Virus record (IMG/VR): IMGVR_UViG_3300027762_000214
Location: 7,432 to 71,431 of that record
Strand: one strand, 5' to 3'
Length of the DNA: 64,000 nucleotides
Source of the DNA: a virus
A program made the translations under genes and the position numbers. Of this stretch, positions 38,145 to 48,936 are shown piece after piece. How positions within the stretch are numbered: the first letter of the stretch is position 1; each line of letters starts with the position of its first letter. A model generated the notes under the pieces. It was not told the DNA's origin, did not search any database, and worked only from the letters and a program-made list of their open reading frames with translations.

Positions 38145-38347
38145 TGGAACCTTTTGATAGTGAATACGTAACTCGCAATGAAGTTCAGGAGGTGATTGAT
38201 GCAGCAATACGACGACACAACCGTAATGCTTCTATCATTAGTATGTGCGTCGGTTGGGTGGTTCTTGCTCTATTTGCTGAAGGACTTTTAAGACTTATTG
38301 GTGTAATTCCACCTTTACTTCCATTTCTTAAAATTACTTTGAACTAA
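38141..38347 (+). CDS. Small membrane protein
   Basis: IDAAIRRHNRNASIISM followed by a TM segment. Confidence 0.65.
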   Translation: MMEPFDSEYVTRNEVQEVIDAAIRRHNRNASIISMCVGWVVLALFAEGLLRLIGVIPPLLPFLKITLN

Positions 38348-38549
38348 TGGTAACAGTTACAGAGGAAGATTTGCAAAAATTAAATCAAAGAGTTCTGCAA
38401 CAAAAAATGGAAGAACTCTTTGAAGAACCATCTACTTATGAGGATGAGAAAGATGACTAAAACACTTTTAATTTCAGCACTCATTTATGGGTCAATTATT
38501 GGACTTTGGATCTACTGGAGTCTCACACACGCTTATGTTGGGTAATCAT

Positions 38550-39584
38550 ATGAGAGTAGGACTAATCGGATTAGGGCGAATGGGCGAAGGCATGTCTCGC
38601 CGCATGATGAAAGCAGGAATAGAAGTTTGGGGTTATCGTAGGAATTATGAAAAAGCAAACGAAGCATACGAAAGTGGGTATGTTAACGGCATTACAACTA
38701 CTATTGAAAATCTTGTTAAAGTAGTTAAGCAAAATAAAAATGGTGGAACCCAACCAGGAATTTTCCAGATGGTTGTACCTGCTGAAACAGTGGAGGAAAC
38801 GATCAATGAGTTACTACGATATTGTGGTGAGGGAGATATTATTATTGATCATGGCAATAGCAATTTTAAAGACAGTCGGAAAAGAGCAGAACGTCTGGCA
38901 AAGTTGGGTATCCAATATATTGATTGCGGCACTAGCGGTGGTGTTTATGGTCTGGATCGTGGATACTGTCTTATGGTTGGTGGCGGAAATACTGCGGTCG
39001 CCGCTTGTGCGGGCATTTTTGATGCCCTCTCTCCAGGAATCATCGCTGCCCCCAGGACTCAATTTAACTCGGATGTAACCTCTGCTGAGTTTGGGTGGTT
39101 GCATTGTGGTGGTCCAGGTGCAGGACACTTTGTGAAGATGGTGCATAATGGTATTGAGTATGGTATTATGCAGGCATATGCAGAAGGATTTAACATCATC
39201 AAGAACGCGAATGCAGGTGCTCAATATGTTAGAGAAGGGGACGCAGAGGTTGCCCCTATGTCAGATCCAGAATCTTATTGCTATGATATTGATGTTGCTG
39301 AGGTTGCTGAGTTATGGCGTCGTGGTAGCGTGGTTGGGTCTTGGTTACTTGACCTTACTGCTGATGTGCTACGCAGGGATGGTAGCCTTAAACAGTTCTC
39401 TGGAGGCGTATCCGACAGCGGTGAGGGTCGTTGGACTGTTTCTGCCGCTGTGGATCTGGGGGTTCCCGCTCCTGTTATTACTGCTGCCTTATTTGAAAGA
39501 TTTAACTCACGCAATCTCGGATCGTTCGGAGCAAAAATCTTGAATGGTATGCGTTACATGTTTGGAGGACATCATGTTAGGTAA
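38550..39584 (+). CDS. gnd: 6-phosphogluconate dehydrogenase (decarboxylating, short form)
   Basis: GLIGLGRMG, DCGTSGG, GHFVKMVHNGIEYG, DSGEGRWT and MRYMFGGH. Confidence 0.96.
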   Translation: MRVGLIGLGRMGEGMSRRMMKAGIEVWGYRRNYEKANEAYESGYVNGITTTIENLVKVVKQNKNGGTQPGIFQMVVPAETVEETINELLRYCGEGDIIIDHGNSNFKDSRKRAERLAKLGIQYIDCGTSGGVYGLDRGYCLMVGGGNTAVAACAGIFDALSPGIIAAPRTQFNSDVTSAEFGWLHCGGPGAGHFVKMVHNGIEYGIMQAYAEGFNIIKNANAGAQYVREGDAEVAPMSDPESYCYDIDVAEVAELWRRGSVVGSWLLDLTADVLRRDGSLKQFSGGVSDSGEGRWTVSAAVDLGVPAPVITAALFERFNSRNLGSFGAKILNGMRYMFGGHHVR

Positions 39585-39693
39585 AGCACTTATTTTCATT
39601 GCAATTCTTTTTGTATTGACTACACTGTATTTCGGAACACGAGGAGGATACTATGATTCCGAAGACTATAAGGGAAATGGAACCGCCCATTAG
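39574..39693 (+). CDS. ndhP: NdhP-like NDH-1L small subunit (39 aa)
   Basis: MLGKALIFIAILFVLTTLYFGTRGGYYDSEDYKGNGTAH; matches the cyanobacterial NdhP tail (FGTxxGFYDxDxYxGNGxAH, from memory); SD GGAGG. Confidence 0.8.
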   Translation: MLGKALIFIAILFVLTTLYFGTRGGYYDSEDYKGNGTAH

Positions 39694-39880
39694 ACAAAGA
39701 TATAATTTTGCAATGTCTGCATTTTCTAGAATTCTTGGAGTAAGGTCTACTGCTAATGATATACACATTAAGCAGTTCTGTATTGAATGGTCATACTGGG
39801 ATGTGAGTGCTCCTTTGGCAGGTCTTAATGAGGTTGATCAATACTTTTATTATGAATATAAAAACTGGAGAGGAAGATGA
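39677..39880 (+). CDS. Hypothetical protein
   Basis: Overlapping ORF in the operon. Confidence 0.55.
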   Translation: MEPPIRQRYNFAMSAFSRILGVRSTANDIHIKQFCIEWSYWDVSAPLAGLNEVDQYFYYEYKNWRGR

Positions 39881-40017
39881 TTTTTCACACAGTAGAAGCA
39901 CTTGCGGCAAGTCCTATATGGATTGGACTTTGTGGATTTGGAATAATCGTTGTTCCTATTATTGGAATTGCTTATATACATAAGAAATAATAAATACTAA
40001 AAAATATAATTATTAAT

Positions 40018-40443
40018 ATGGCTATTAAAGTAATTACTTTAACTGTTTCTGGTGTTTCAGATGGTACTGGATGGCAGGCAAGATTTAATTCCGAAGCTGA
40101 TACAACCGCAATTAGAAATATAACTGGACAAGTAGTATCTATTTTATCTCCAGTAACTTTAAATAATTTGTTTACGGTGACATCTTTTGATGGTTATACT
40201 GGACCATATGTTACTTGGAGATCTACAAGTCCTTCTGGGCAACATCCTACTTCTGGATTTAGTATGGATATTTGGAGTCAAACACTTTTTACATCAATTA
40301 TTACTAATAATAGCACTTGGACTTCTCTTAATGGGCAAAATTTTACACTGGTTGCCAATAAACATAGTTTAGTTTATCATTATAATAATCTTAATGCTCC
40401 AGTTTGGTCAATTGGTGGAACTTTATCAGTATCGGCAGTTTGA
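40018..40443 (+). CDS. Hypothetical T/S/N-rich protein
   Basis: Follows AATAAATA; beta-rich composition. Confidence 0.6.
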   Translation: MAIKVITLTVSGVSDGTGWQARFNSEADTTAIRNITGQVVSILSPVTLNNLFTVTSFDGYTGPYVTWRSTSPSGQHPTSGFSMDIWSQTLFTSIITNNSTWTSLNGQNFTLVANKHSLVYHYNNLNAPVWSIGGTLSVSAV

Positions 40444-40484
40444 CAAAAAATATAAATAATGGTAGATAAACTTATTCTACCAAA

Positions 40485-40841
40485 ATGAGAACGCATAAAT
40501 GTGGGCATTGTGGAGAAACTGACCCATCTAAATTTTATGGACACAAAAAATCAGTATGCTGTGCTTGCCATAACAAATATACATTGGAGTTGGGACAGAA
40601 AAAAAGAAGTTTTATTATAGAAGAAATGGGAGGTAAATGTATTTCTTGTGGGTATGATAAATATACATCAGCACTTCAAGTTCATCATTTAGACTCTTCT
40701 CAAAAAGATTCTAAATTTCATGGGATTCGTGGATGGAGTCACAAACGCATTCTTGACGAAATAAGGGGATGTGTGCTATTATGTTCTTGTTGCCACGCAG
40801 CAGTTCATTCTGGTGAGTTGGAACTACGGAGTATCGCCTAA
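40485..40841 (+). CDS. HNH endonuclease (putative homing)
   Basis: CxxC pairs, LQVHHLD and LLCSCCHAAVH; late promoter at 40451. Confidence 0.8.
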   Translation: MRTHKCGHCGETDPSKFYGHKKSVCCACHNKYTLELGQKKRSFIIEEMGGKCISCGYDKYTSALQVHHLDSSQKDSKFHGIRGWSHKRILDEIRGCVLLCSCCHAAVHSGELELRSIA

Positions 40842-40902
40842 CTTGGTCATGGCACCGCTTTTGGGAAGCGGAATAATTTCAGTTCAAATCTGAATACTCC
40901 GA
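40827..40902 (+). tRNA. tRNA-Pro(TGG)
   Basis: CGGAGTA/TACTCCG-A; stem CCGCT/AGCGG; loop TT-TGG-GA. Confidence 0.88.
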
Positions 40903-40927
40903 CTAGCCAGTTTTCTATCTGGCACAC

Positions 40928-40956
40928 TTGACATACAACTTGTAAACCCTTATAAT
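40928..40956 (+). promoter_or_regulatory. Sigma70-like (early) promoter
   Basis: TTGACA-17 nt-TATAAT, perfect consensus. Confidence 0.85.
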
Positions 40957-40978
40957 ACTAAGGCAACAATTCAAAACA

Positions 40979-41194
40979 ATGTCTCTGATTCAAAAGTTCA
41001 AAAAGGATGTTAGCACTCTTCGTCTTGCTGCTAACGGGGAAATCTACCTTGATGTAAAGAGTCCGAAACTTTATAAAAAGGTCCGTCGTTTTTATGAGAA
41101 TGAAGGCGTAGTGTTTTCTGGTGACCCCCTTGACGACTACGAAATGCTTATGGAATATCTTTATCAGGATTTGGAAATGGTAGAAGTATCTTGA
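40979..41194 (+). CDS. Conserved cyanophage hypothetical protein
   Basis: PKLYKKVRRFYENEGV...DDYE. Confidence 0.7.
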   Translation: MSLIQKFKKDVSTLRLAANGEIYLDVKSPKLYKKVRRFYENEGVVFSGDPLDDYEMLMEYLYQDLEMVEVS

Positions 41195-41246
41195 TTTTAA
41201 TTAGTCATGGAGAGACTTTAAAAACCCTGGTCGGGAGTAACCCCTT

Positions 41247-41486
41247 ATGAAAAAGTCTGATGTACTAAGATACGTTGGTAATATTCTCCTCTTATCAGGA
41301 TACTTTGTTTTGTTATGGGGAGATCCTAAAGTTGGATTACTTGTAAAATGTATTGGAAATGTTTTTGTAGTTCCATTTGCAATCAAGTATAAGTTTTGGG
41401 ATATTCTAGTATTATGTGCTTTTTATGCTGCAATTGAAATCCCAAAACTAATTCAATTAGTCTTTCCTAGTTTGTTTGTAAATTAG
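41247..41486 (+). CDS. Small multi-TM membrane protein
   Basis: Three hydrophobic segments. Confidence 0.6.
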   Translation: MKKSDVLRYVGNILLLSGYFVLLWGDPKVGLLVKCIGNVFVVPFAIKYKFWDILVLCAFYAAIEIPKLIQLVFPSLFVN

Positions 41487-41608
41487 GTGGTGGAGTCAAT
41501 GACCCATTTGTCCTCGTCGGATTGGACATAAAATATGCCGACTGGTGTGGATGGGGAAACCCCGCCTAGTTTCTTATTTCTAGATAAAAAAATAAGTGGC
41601 GAGCCTGA
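41484..41608 (+). ncRNA. manA/wcaG-type structured RNA motif
   Basis: Repeated UGGYG, hairpins (gtcgg/ccgac; gggg-aaa-cccc), pseudoknot-like ctag/cttattt pairings; upstream of sugar-nucleotide genes. Confidence 0.65.
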
Positions 41609-41685
41609 AATAATCAAAGATCCTATGGTATTCATGGGATCTTTTTTATTGTTTAATATATAATAAAAGATATTTTATTATTCTT

Positions 41686-43335
41686 ATGAATTCAAAAATT
41701 TTGGCATTAAATGGATATCATGATGCTTCTGTAACATTTGTAGATAAAAATAATCAACTTAGAATTTTTGAATATGAAAGATTTTGCAAAAAAAGATTTG
41801 GAGTCTTTAGGCAAAGGGATGATAATACTAGCATAGGTACTGATCAAGAAACTAGAGATAAGTTTTTAAATTATATAAAAATTCAGTTAAAGGATCAACC
41901 AGAAATTATTTTATATAGTGAATTGGATTATGATGATGTTGAAAATTTAAAACAATATTTTCCTAACGTTCAATTTTTTAAAATGGGGCATCATATGTCA
42001 CATTGTTCTGGAGCATATCATCAAAGTGGATTTGTGAATGCATTAGCAATTTCTTTAGATGGTGGTGGGTTAGATTACCAAACTGGAACTGAATTGACAC
42101 TCAGAACTTATAGCATTTATAAATTTATTGATGGAAACTGTGAAACCTTAACTCACACAAATATTGATAGTCCTGATAGATTTGTATTCAATCCTGGAAT
42201 TTATGGTGCTTTTGGATATTATGTAAGTGAAATTAAAAAAGAAGTTAATCAAGTAGGAAAAACTCATAAGAATTCTTTAAGTTATGCTGGAAAAATAATG
42301 GGTCTTTCTGCATATGGAAAAGTCAGAAATGAATGGGTAGAACCTATAATTAATTTTTATAAAAATCATCCAGTAGATCATTGGACTCAATATGATTCTC
42401 TAGAAGAAAAAATGTCTCAGGAAATGGGAATTAAATTATTTGAAAATTGTTTTTCTGAAAATGATAGTTATGATCTTGCTGCCACAAATCAATATGTTTT
42501 TGAATTACTTTGTTTTTCGTTTATTAAACCTTATATTGACGAGTATAATTTAGATGTAGTTTTTTCTGGAGGGTGTGCTCTAAATGTTATCTTCAATCAA
42601 AAATTATCCGAATATTTATCTTCCAAAGGATTAAATCTTTATATCCCACCTTATCCTGGAGATTGTGGTTTATCATTTGGACATTTTGTTTCTTTTCAAA
42701 ATATTAAATTAGATCCTTCACCTTATTGTGGAATTGATATTTTAGATCGCGATAAAATTTTTGATTATTATCAAAAGTATGATAAAACTGGAAAAGTTAA
42801 AATATCTACAATTGATTCTATAGTTGACTTAATAAAAGATGGTAAAATAGGTGGGATTATACAGGGATATTCTGAAGTTGGTCCAAGAGCACTTGGAAAT
42901 AGAAGTATTATTTGTGATCCTTCTATTCCTGATATGAAAGATATATTAAATTCTAAAGTTAAGTTTAGGGAATGGTTCAGACCATTTGCTCCAGTTTGTA
43001 GGGAAGAAGATAAGAATTTATATTTTGAAAATGCCTTTCCCTCAGAGTACATGAGTTTTGCTCCAAAAGTTAGAGAAAAATATAGAGATCTTTTACCATC
43101 AATCACTCATGAAGATGGAACTGCAAGATTACAAACTGTATCTAAAGACCAACATAACTTATTTTATGATATATTGACAGTATTGAAAAAAAGAGATATG
43201 ATTGCTGTTATTATGAATACTTCCTTCAATATTAAAGGTAAACCAATATTGACAAGTATTGAGGATGCATTTGAAGTTTTAGAAACCACAGAATTGGATT
43301 TTATTGTTGTTGAAAATTTATTGTTCATAAAATGA
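41686..43335 (+). CDS. Carbamoyltransferase (NodU/CmcH family)
   Basis: [39 protein letters not shown] and [10 protein letters not shown]. Confidence 0.93.
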   Translation: MNSKILALNGYHDASVTFVDKNNQLRIFEYERFCKKRFGVFRQRDDNTSIGTDQETRDKFLNYIKIQLKDQPEIILYSELDYDDVENLKQYFPNVQFFKMGHHMSHCSGAYHQSGFVNALAISLDGGGLDYQTGTELTLRTYSIYKFIDGNCETLTHTNIDSPDRFVFNPGIYGAFGYYVSEIKKEVNQVGKTHKNSLSYAGKIMGLSAYGKVRNEWVEPIINFYKNHPVDHWTQYDSLEEKMSQEMGIKLFENCFSENDSYDLAATNQYVFELLCFSFIKPYIDEYNLDVVFSGGCALNVIFNQKLSEYLSSKGLNLYIPPYPGDCGLSFGHFVSFQNIKLDPSPYCGIDILDRDKIFDYYQKYDKTGKVKISTIDSIVDLIKDGKIGGIIQGYSEVGPRALGNRSIICDPSIPDMKDILNSKVKFREWFRPFAPVCREEDKNLYFENAFPSEYMSFAPKVREKYRDLLPSITHEDGTARLQTVSKDQHNLFYDILTVLKKRDMIAVIMNTSFNIKGKPILTSIEDAFEVLETTELDFIVVENLLFIK

Positions 43336-44333
43336 AAAAAGCGTTAATTACTGGAATTACGGGACAAGATGGATCGTATCTAGCTGAACTGTTACTTGAG
43401 AAAGGATATCAGGTTCATGGAATTATCAGAAGAGCATCTCTGATTAATACTCATCGTATTGATCATATTTACGATCAGATTAAACTTCACTATGGAGATC
43501 TTACTGATTCTACAAACCTTGTAAGAGTCATTCAGCAAGTTCAACCTGATGAGATTTATAATTTAGGTGCTCAAAGTCATGTAAAAGTATCGTTTGAGAT
43601 GCCTGAATATACTGGTCAAACTGATGGATTAGGAACTCTTCGCATTCTTGAGGCAGTTCGTCTTTTGGGAATGGAGAAAAAAACGAGAATCTATCAGGCA
43701 TCAACATCCGAAATGTTTGGTAAGGTTCAAGAAATTCCACAAAAAGAAACTACACCTTTTTATCCTCGTTCACCTTATGGAGTTGCAAAAGTTTATGGAT
43801 ACTGGATCGTCAAAAACTACAGAGAGTCTTACGGATTACATGCATCTTCTGGAATTCTTTTCAATCACGAATCCCCTAGAAGAGGAGAAACTTTTGTCAC
43901 AAGAAAAATCACTAGAGGATTATCATCTATTTCAACTGGGCAACAAGACGTATTATATCTCGGGAATTTAAACGCAAAACGTGACTGGGGACACGCTAAG
44001 GACTTTGTAGAGGCAATGTGGTTGATGCTACAGCAGGATGAACCAGATGATTATGTAATCGCCACAGGAGAGCAGTATTCGGTTCGTGAGTTTGTTGAGG
44101 CAGCAGCACCTTATTTTGGTATGAAGATTGCCTGGGAAGGTGAAGGATTGGATGAGGTTGGTATTGATAAACTTACCAAAAGAGAGGTTGTAAGAGTAAG
44201 TCCTAAATATTTCAGACCTGCTGAAGTAGAGACCTTATTAGGTGATGCCACTAAGGCAAAAGAAAAATTAGGTTGGGAACCTAAAATTTCATTTGAACAA
44301 TTAGTTGAGGATATGTGCATTTATGGACAGTAA
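43332..44333 (+). CDS. gmd: GDP-mannose 4,6-dehydratase
   Basis: [31 protein letters not shown] and [15 protein letters not shown]. Confidence 0.97.
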   Translation: MKKALITGITGQDGSYLAELLLEKGYQVHGIIRRASLINTHRIDHIYDQIKLHYGDLTDSTNLVRVIQQVQPDEIYNLGAQSHVKVSFEMPEYTGQTDGLGTLRILEAVRLLGMEKKTRIYQASTSEMFGKVQEIPQKETTPFYPRSPYGVAKVYGYWIVKNYRESYGLHASSGILFNHESPRRGETFVTRKITRGLSSISTGQQDVLYLGNLNAKRDWGHAKDFVEAMWLMLQQDEPDDYVIATGEQYSVREFVEAAAPYFGMKIAWEGEGLDEVGIDKLTKREVVRVSPKYFRPAEVETLLGDATKAKEKLGWEPKISFEQLVEDMCIYGQ

Positions 44334-45282
44334 TTCTAGAGTATTAGTTGCTGGTGCCAACGGAATGGTTGGTTCGGCAATCGTGAGAAACCTTGAGAGT
44401 AAAGGTTATACCAACATCATCAAAGGAACTCGTGATGATGTAGATTTTACGAATCAAGATGAAACCGAAAGATATTTCTGCTCAGAAGAACCTGAGTATG
44501 TGTTTGTTGCTGCTGCCAAAGTTGGTGGTATTATGGCAAACAACAACTACAAGGCAGATTTTCTGACTGAGAATCTCCAAATTCAAACCAATCTTATTCA
44601 ACAGTCTTATAACTTCGGCGTAAAGAAACTTCTGTTCCTTGGTTCATCTTGCATCTACCCTAAGTATGCAACTCAACCCATTACTGAAGATCAGTTTATG
44701 ACTGGTGCTTTGGAACCCACGAATGATGCCTATGCGATTGCCAAGATTGCTGGCATTATGATGTGTCAGGCATACCGCCAGCAACACGGTTTCAACGCCA
44801 TTTCTCTGATGCCTACGAACCTTTATGGTCCTAATGACAATTTTGATCTGGAAACATCACACGTTCTCCCTGCGATGATTGCTAAGTTTCATTATATGAA
44901 GGAGAATGGATATACAATTGATATGGGTGGACCTTGGTATGGTACTGTGAAACTCTGGGGTGATGGTTCTGCAATGAGAGAGTTTCTACATGTTGATGAT
45001 CTGGCAGAGGCGTGTTATGTTTGTATGCAGAAATATGATGAGGCGGAGCACATTAACGTTGGGACTGGTGAGGATGTAACAATTAAAGAATTGGCACACA
45101 TAATTTCTGATGTTGTTCGTTTTCCTGGAGACATTGAGTGGGACACAACGAAACCAAATGGCACTCCTCGTAAAGTTTTGAACGTTGATAAGATTAAATC
45201 ACTTGGATGGGAACCAAAGATTGGTCTTCGTGAAGGTATTGAAAAAACATATAAATGGTATTTGAAAAATGTTGTCGTTTAA
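44323..45282 (+). CDS. fcl: GDP-L-fucose synthase
   Basis: [26 protein letters not shown] and YAIAKIAG. Confidence 0.95.
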   Translation: MDSNSRVLVAGANGMVGSAIVRNLESKGYTNIIKGTRDDVDFTNQDETERYFCSEEPEYVFVAAAKVGGIMANNNYKADFLTENLQIQTNLIQQSYNFGVKKLLFLGSSCIYPKYATQPITEDQFMTGALEPTNDAYAIAKIAGIMMCQAYRQQHGFNAISLMPTNLYGPNDNFDLETSHVLPAMIAKFHYMKENGYTIDMGGPWYGTVKLWGDGSAMREFLHVDDLAEACYVCMQKYDEAEHINVGTGEDVTIKELAHIISDVVRFPGDIEWDTTKPNGTPRKVLNVDKIKSLGWEPKIGLREGIEKTYKWYLKNVVV

Positions 45283-46078
45283 TAATATTGGAAATCTTGG
45301 AAGACTTGCCAATCAAATGTTTCAGTACGCTTCTTTAAAAGGTATTGCTAAAAATAGGGAATATGATTTTTGTATACCTCCAAAAGAAGTATTTGGTAGG
45401 ATTGATAATAATGTTAAAAAATCTGATATAAATCTCTATGATATCTTTGATATTGAAAAAAAGAATAATATTGGATTAACTAAAAATTTAGTTCTTCGTG
45501 AAAGATTTCATTCTTTTGATGAAGAGTTAATTATTAATTGTCCAGATAATGTTGATTTATTTGGATATTATCAGAGTGAAAAATATTTTAAACATATCGA
45601 AAGTGAAATAAGAGAAGATTTTTGTTTTAAAGAAGATTTACTTTCTATATGTAATTCTTTTATAAAAGAAAATTTTGATACAAAAGTGATTTCTCTACAC
45701 GTCCGTAGGGGTGATTATGTTACTAATCCAAATCACCCTTTACAAGATGAACAGTATTATATAAAATCTTTAGATAGTTTACCTGATGATCTTCCTGTTA
45801 TAATTTTTTCCGATGATTCATCTTGGTGTAAAGAGCAAAAAATATTTTCTTCTGATAGATTTGTAATTTCTGAAAATAATGCGACAGATTTTGATCTTTG
45901 TTTAATGAGTCTTTGTCAATATCATATTATTGCAAATAGTTCTTATAGTTGGTGGGGTGCTTGGTTGGCAAAAAGTAAAAAAACTATTGCTCCGAATAAT
46001 TGGTTTGCTGGTGATTGTATAGATAAAAATATAAAGGATTTAAAATTTGATAACTTTTATTTTATAGAGGAGTTATGA
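45269..46078 (+). CDS. Alpha-1,2-fucosyltransferase (GT11)
   Basis: GRLANQMFQYA, GYYQSEKYF, HVRRGDY and NSSYSWWGAWL. Confidence 0.92.
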   Translation: MLSFNNIGNLGRLANQMFQYASLKGIAKNREYDFCIPPKEVFGRIDNNVKKSDINLYDIFDIEKKNNIGLTKNLVLRERFHSFDEELIINCPDNVDLFGYYQSEKYFKHIESEIREDFCFKEDLLSICNSFIKENFDTKVISLHVRRGDYVTNPNHPLQDEQYYIKSLDSLPDDLPVIIFSDDSSWCKEQKIFSSDRFVISENNATDFDLCLMSLCQYHIIANSSYSWWGAWLAKSKKTIAPNNWFAGDCIDKNIKDLKFDNFYFIEEL

Positions 46079-46833
46079 TGAATAAAAAATATCTAATGGT
46101 AATTGCAAATTATCCTGATTACCGCCAGGATTTTTTTCAAACTTATATGACTCCAAGAAATAAAGAATATTGTTTTATTCATAATTATGAATATTTGGAA
46201 TACATTGGACCTCAAAAAGATTTTAGGAATCATCCTACATGGTGGAAATTTACTATTGTCAAAGATCTTATTGATAGTGGAACATTAAATGAGGGTGATA
46301 TTCTTACTCATATTGATGCCGATATGTGCATTCATAAATTGAATATTGATTATCCTTGTAATAAGTCATTTACTTATTGTATTGATTCTGGAAATACTCA
46401 TTGTATGGGATCATATTCTATTCGTGTAAATGAATGGAGTAAAAATATGATTAATTTAATTTTAGATGAAAATAGGTATGAAAATCTAAAAGATAAAATA
46501 ACACTTCATGAATATTTTGGACATCATGATAGTTTCTGGAACATTTTTAGAGAACAAGCATCTTGGTATTCTTTAGCAGGAATAAAAAGACATTCTAATA
46601 CACCGTTCTATAATCTTTCTCACTATGGATGGCATTCTGCAAAAGATGAGTGGACTGTTTATTCTTTAGAGGATTTGTATCAGCATGTTGAAATTTTACC
46701 AACCTGTTGGAACGTAACTGAAATTCCAGGAGAATCTGGGTGTCAATTTAATATTAATAGTGTTGATAGGAAAGATGTTATTATCCGACACTTTGCTGGG
46801 GGTCAACCTTGGAGAAAGGAGTGGTTTGAGTAA
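46075..46833 (+). CDS. Glycosyltransferase (GT34-like, DxD)
   Basis: PTWWKF, HIDADM, EQA and RHFAG. Confidence 0.7.
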   Translation: MMNKKYLMVIANYPDYRQDFFQTYMTPRNKEYCFIHNYEYLEYIGPQKDFRNHPTWWKFTIVKDLIDSGTLNEGDILTHIDADMCIHKLNIDYPCNKSFTYCIDSGNTHCMGSYSIRVNEWSKNMINLILDENRYENLKDKITLHEYFGHHDSFWNIFREQASWYSLAGIKRHSNTPFYNLSHYGWHSAKDEWTVYSLEDLYQHVEILPTCWNVTEIPGESGCQFNINSVDRKDVIIRHFAGGQPWRKEWFE

Positions 46834-47573
46834 TGATTGATATTCATTATCGCGGTTCTTCTGATGTGTGTTCTGGATTTGCCAATAAACTTGGGCAATA
46901 TGCTGTAGGAAAAATTATTTCAAATAAAACTAATTATTTTTTAAAAGCAAATAAACCTGGAAATTTTAATACTACAGATGAAGAAAATAATCCATTAATT
47001 ATATCAGATAATGTTTTGGTTATTTCAGGTGAACCTGGATTATTAATAGATTATGACCAAATATCTAAACATAGTGGTGGGATATTATTACATGGTTTTT
47101 TTCAGAATTATGAAAATTTTAGATCTCATAAAAGTTTGATTAAAAAAATATATTCATTTAATAAAATACCAGAATTATATAATGACGATTTGATTGCAGT
47201 ACATATAAGACTTGGAGAATATAGAAGAGATAATAATCATCTTCCTATTGACTATTATATTGATGTTATTAAAGAATCTAAAAAAATTCCTGTATTATAT
47301 ACTGATGAACCTAATAGTGAATATATAACTGAAATTAAAGGTCTCTTAAATTGCCAGGTTAGATGTAATTCTGAATGGCAAGACTTCGTTGAAATTGCAT
47401 CTTATAAAACAATATCAATTTCTCAATCATCTTATTCCTGGTGGTCATCATGGCTATCTAATGCTGAAAGAATTTATTATCCATACACTCCTAAAAATTA
47501 TTGGCAACATAGGAATGATGGTGAAGATATCAATTTTGTTGTTACTGATGAAAACAGATTTATTTTAGTTTAA
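46833..47573 (+). CDS. Second GT11-like fucosyltransferase
   Basis: GFANKLGQY, HIRLGEY and SSYSWWSSWL. Confidence 0.8.
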   Translation: MIDIHYRGSSDVCSGFANKLGQYAVGKIISNKTNYFLKANKPGNFNTTDEENNPLIISDNVLVISGEPGLLIDYDQISKHSGGILLHGFFQNYENFRSHKSLIKKIYSFNKIPELYNDDLIAVHIRLGEYRRDNNHLPIDYYIDVIKESKKIPVLYTDEPNSEYITEIKGLLNCQVRCNSEWQDFVEIASYKTISISQSSYSWWSSWLSNAERIYYPYTPKNYWQHRNDGEDINFVVTDENRFILV

Positions 47574-47577
47574 AAAT

Positions 47578-48321
47578 ATGAAAATTACAGAGTTTACTAT
47601 TTGTCTACATTGTGGATGTAGTCAAGATGTTGTTAATGCTCAAATAGAAGCATTAAAACCACTAGAAGAAAAATATAAAGTTTATTGGAATAATAGGATT
47701 GATAGGTATCCTAAACTTTATCAAACTTATTCTCAACTCATTAATCATTCTGTTGCAACATCTCCTACAGAATGGGTAATTTTAATTAACGATAGGACAT
47801 CTCCTACAGTTAGTGAAGTTGAGAAAATGATTAGTCTTTTGGAAAATGGCATTTCATGTGTCTTACTTTATAATGTAGGATTTATGGGATTTTCTAAAGA
47901 ATTAATTAGAACTATAGGGTGGTGGGATGAAAGATTTATACTTGGTGGTTGGGAAGACCGTGATTGGGTTTTTAGACTTAAATTGAATGATCTTTCTTTA
48001 TATGAAAGTCTAGAAAGTACATATGATATGAGTTGGAAATCTCCATTAAATGGACCACCTGGAGATGCAGAATCATGGCCTCATTGGAATGTAAAATATG
48101 ACACCCAATCATATTCGGATGTTATATGGAAAAATATTCCAGAAGAAGAGTATTCTCATTGGGATTTATTCATCGGTGATCATAAAAAAGATATTAAAGA
48201 TTCTTGGAAACCTTGGAGTGAATCTTGTCTAGATATTATGTACAATCAAAAAGACAGACCTGGATCTGGTCCTTCCGCTTCTAGTATGATTGGAAATAGG
48301 GTTATTTTAAATAGAAATTAA
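47578..48321 (+). CDS. GT2-like glycosyltransferase
   Basis: IGWWDERFILGGWEDRDW. Confidence 0.7.
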   Translation: MKITEFTICLHCGCSQDVVNAQIEALKPLEEKYKVYWNNRIDRYPKLYQTYSQLINHSVATSPTEWVILINDRTSPTVSEVEKMISLLENGISCVLLYNVGFMGFSKELIRTIGWWDERFILGGWEDRDWVFRLKLNDLSLYESLESTYDMSWKSPLNGPPGDAESWPHWNVKYDTQSYSDVIWKNIPEEEYSHWDLFIGDHKKDIKDSWKPWSESCLDIMYNQKDRPGSGPSASSMIGNRVILNRN

Positions 48322-48927
48322 ATGGAAGAACTAAATAAAATAAAAACTATTTTTATTGACTGTGGATCAAATCTTGGTCAAGGATATGCAAATCTTACTA
48401 ATATTCTTCAACTGGAAAATGATGAAGTTTATATGTTTGAACCTAGTAAGTATTGTTACGAAAAATTAATTGAAAAATATTCAAATAATTCCAGTATTCA
48501 TCTCAATCAAAAAGCTGTTTGGAACAAAAATGAAAAACGAATTTTAAATATTGAATTTTGCCCAATTGAGGATGGATTTTATGGTGGGGCAACAAATATA
48601 CTCATGAAAAATTTTAAAATTTTAGATCGAGATATGCCATTAATGGATGAGTGGCCACCTAAAGAATTTGATGTAATTGAATGTATTGATCTATCACAGT
48701 TTATTCGCGAGAACATTGACCTTAATCAAAATATTATTTTAAAAATTGATATAGAAGGTGCTGAATATGAAGTGATTGACAAATTGATTGAAGATGACAC
48801 TTTAAAATATATTAATACGGTAGCTGTAGAATGGCATCCAGATATGAGGAAAGATAATTGTAAAGATATTTCATATTATGTAAATGAATTTACGAAAAAT
48901 AATGTGAAGTATATAGAATGGTTTTAA
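48322..48927 (+). CDS. FkbM family methyltransferase
   Basis: IDCGSNLG, FEP, KIDIEGAE and VEWH. Confidence 0.88.
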   Translation: MEELNKIKTIFIDCGSNLGQGYANLTNILQLENDEVYMFEPSKYCYEKLIEKYSNNSSIHLNQKAVWNKNEKRILNIEFCPIEDGFYGGATNILMKNFKILDRDMPLMDEWPPKEFDVIECIDLSQFIRENIDLNQNIILKIDIEGAEYEVIDKLIEDDTLKYINTVAVEWHPDMRKDNCKDISYYVNEFTKNNVKYIEWF

Positions 48928-48936
48928 AATTTATTT

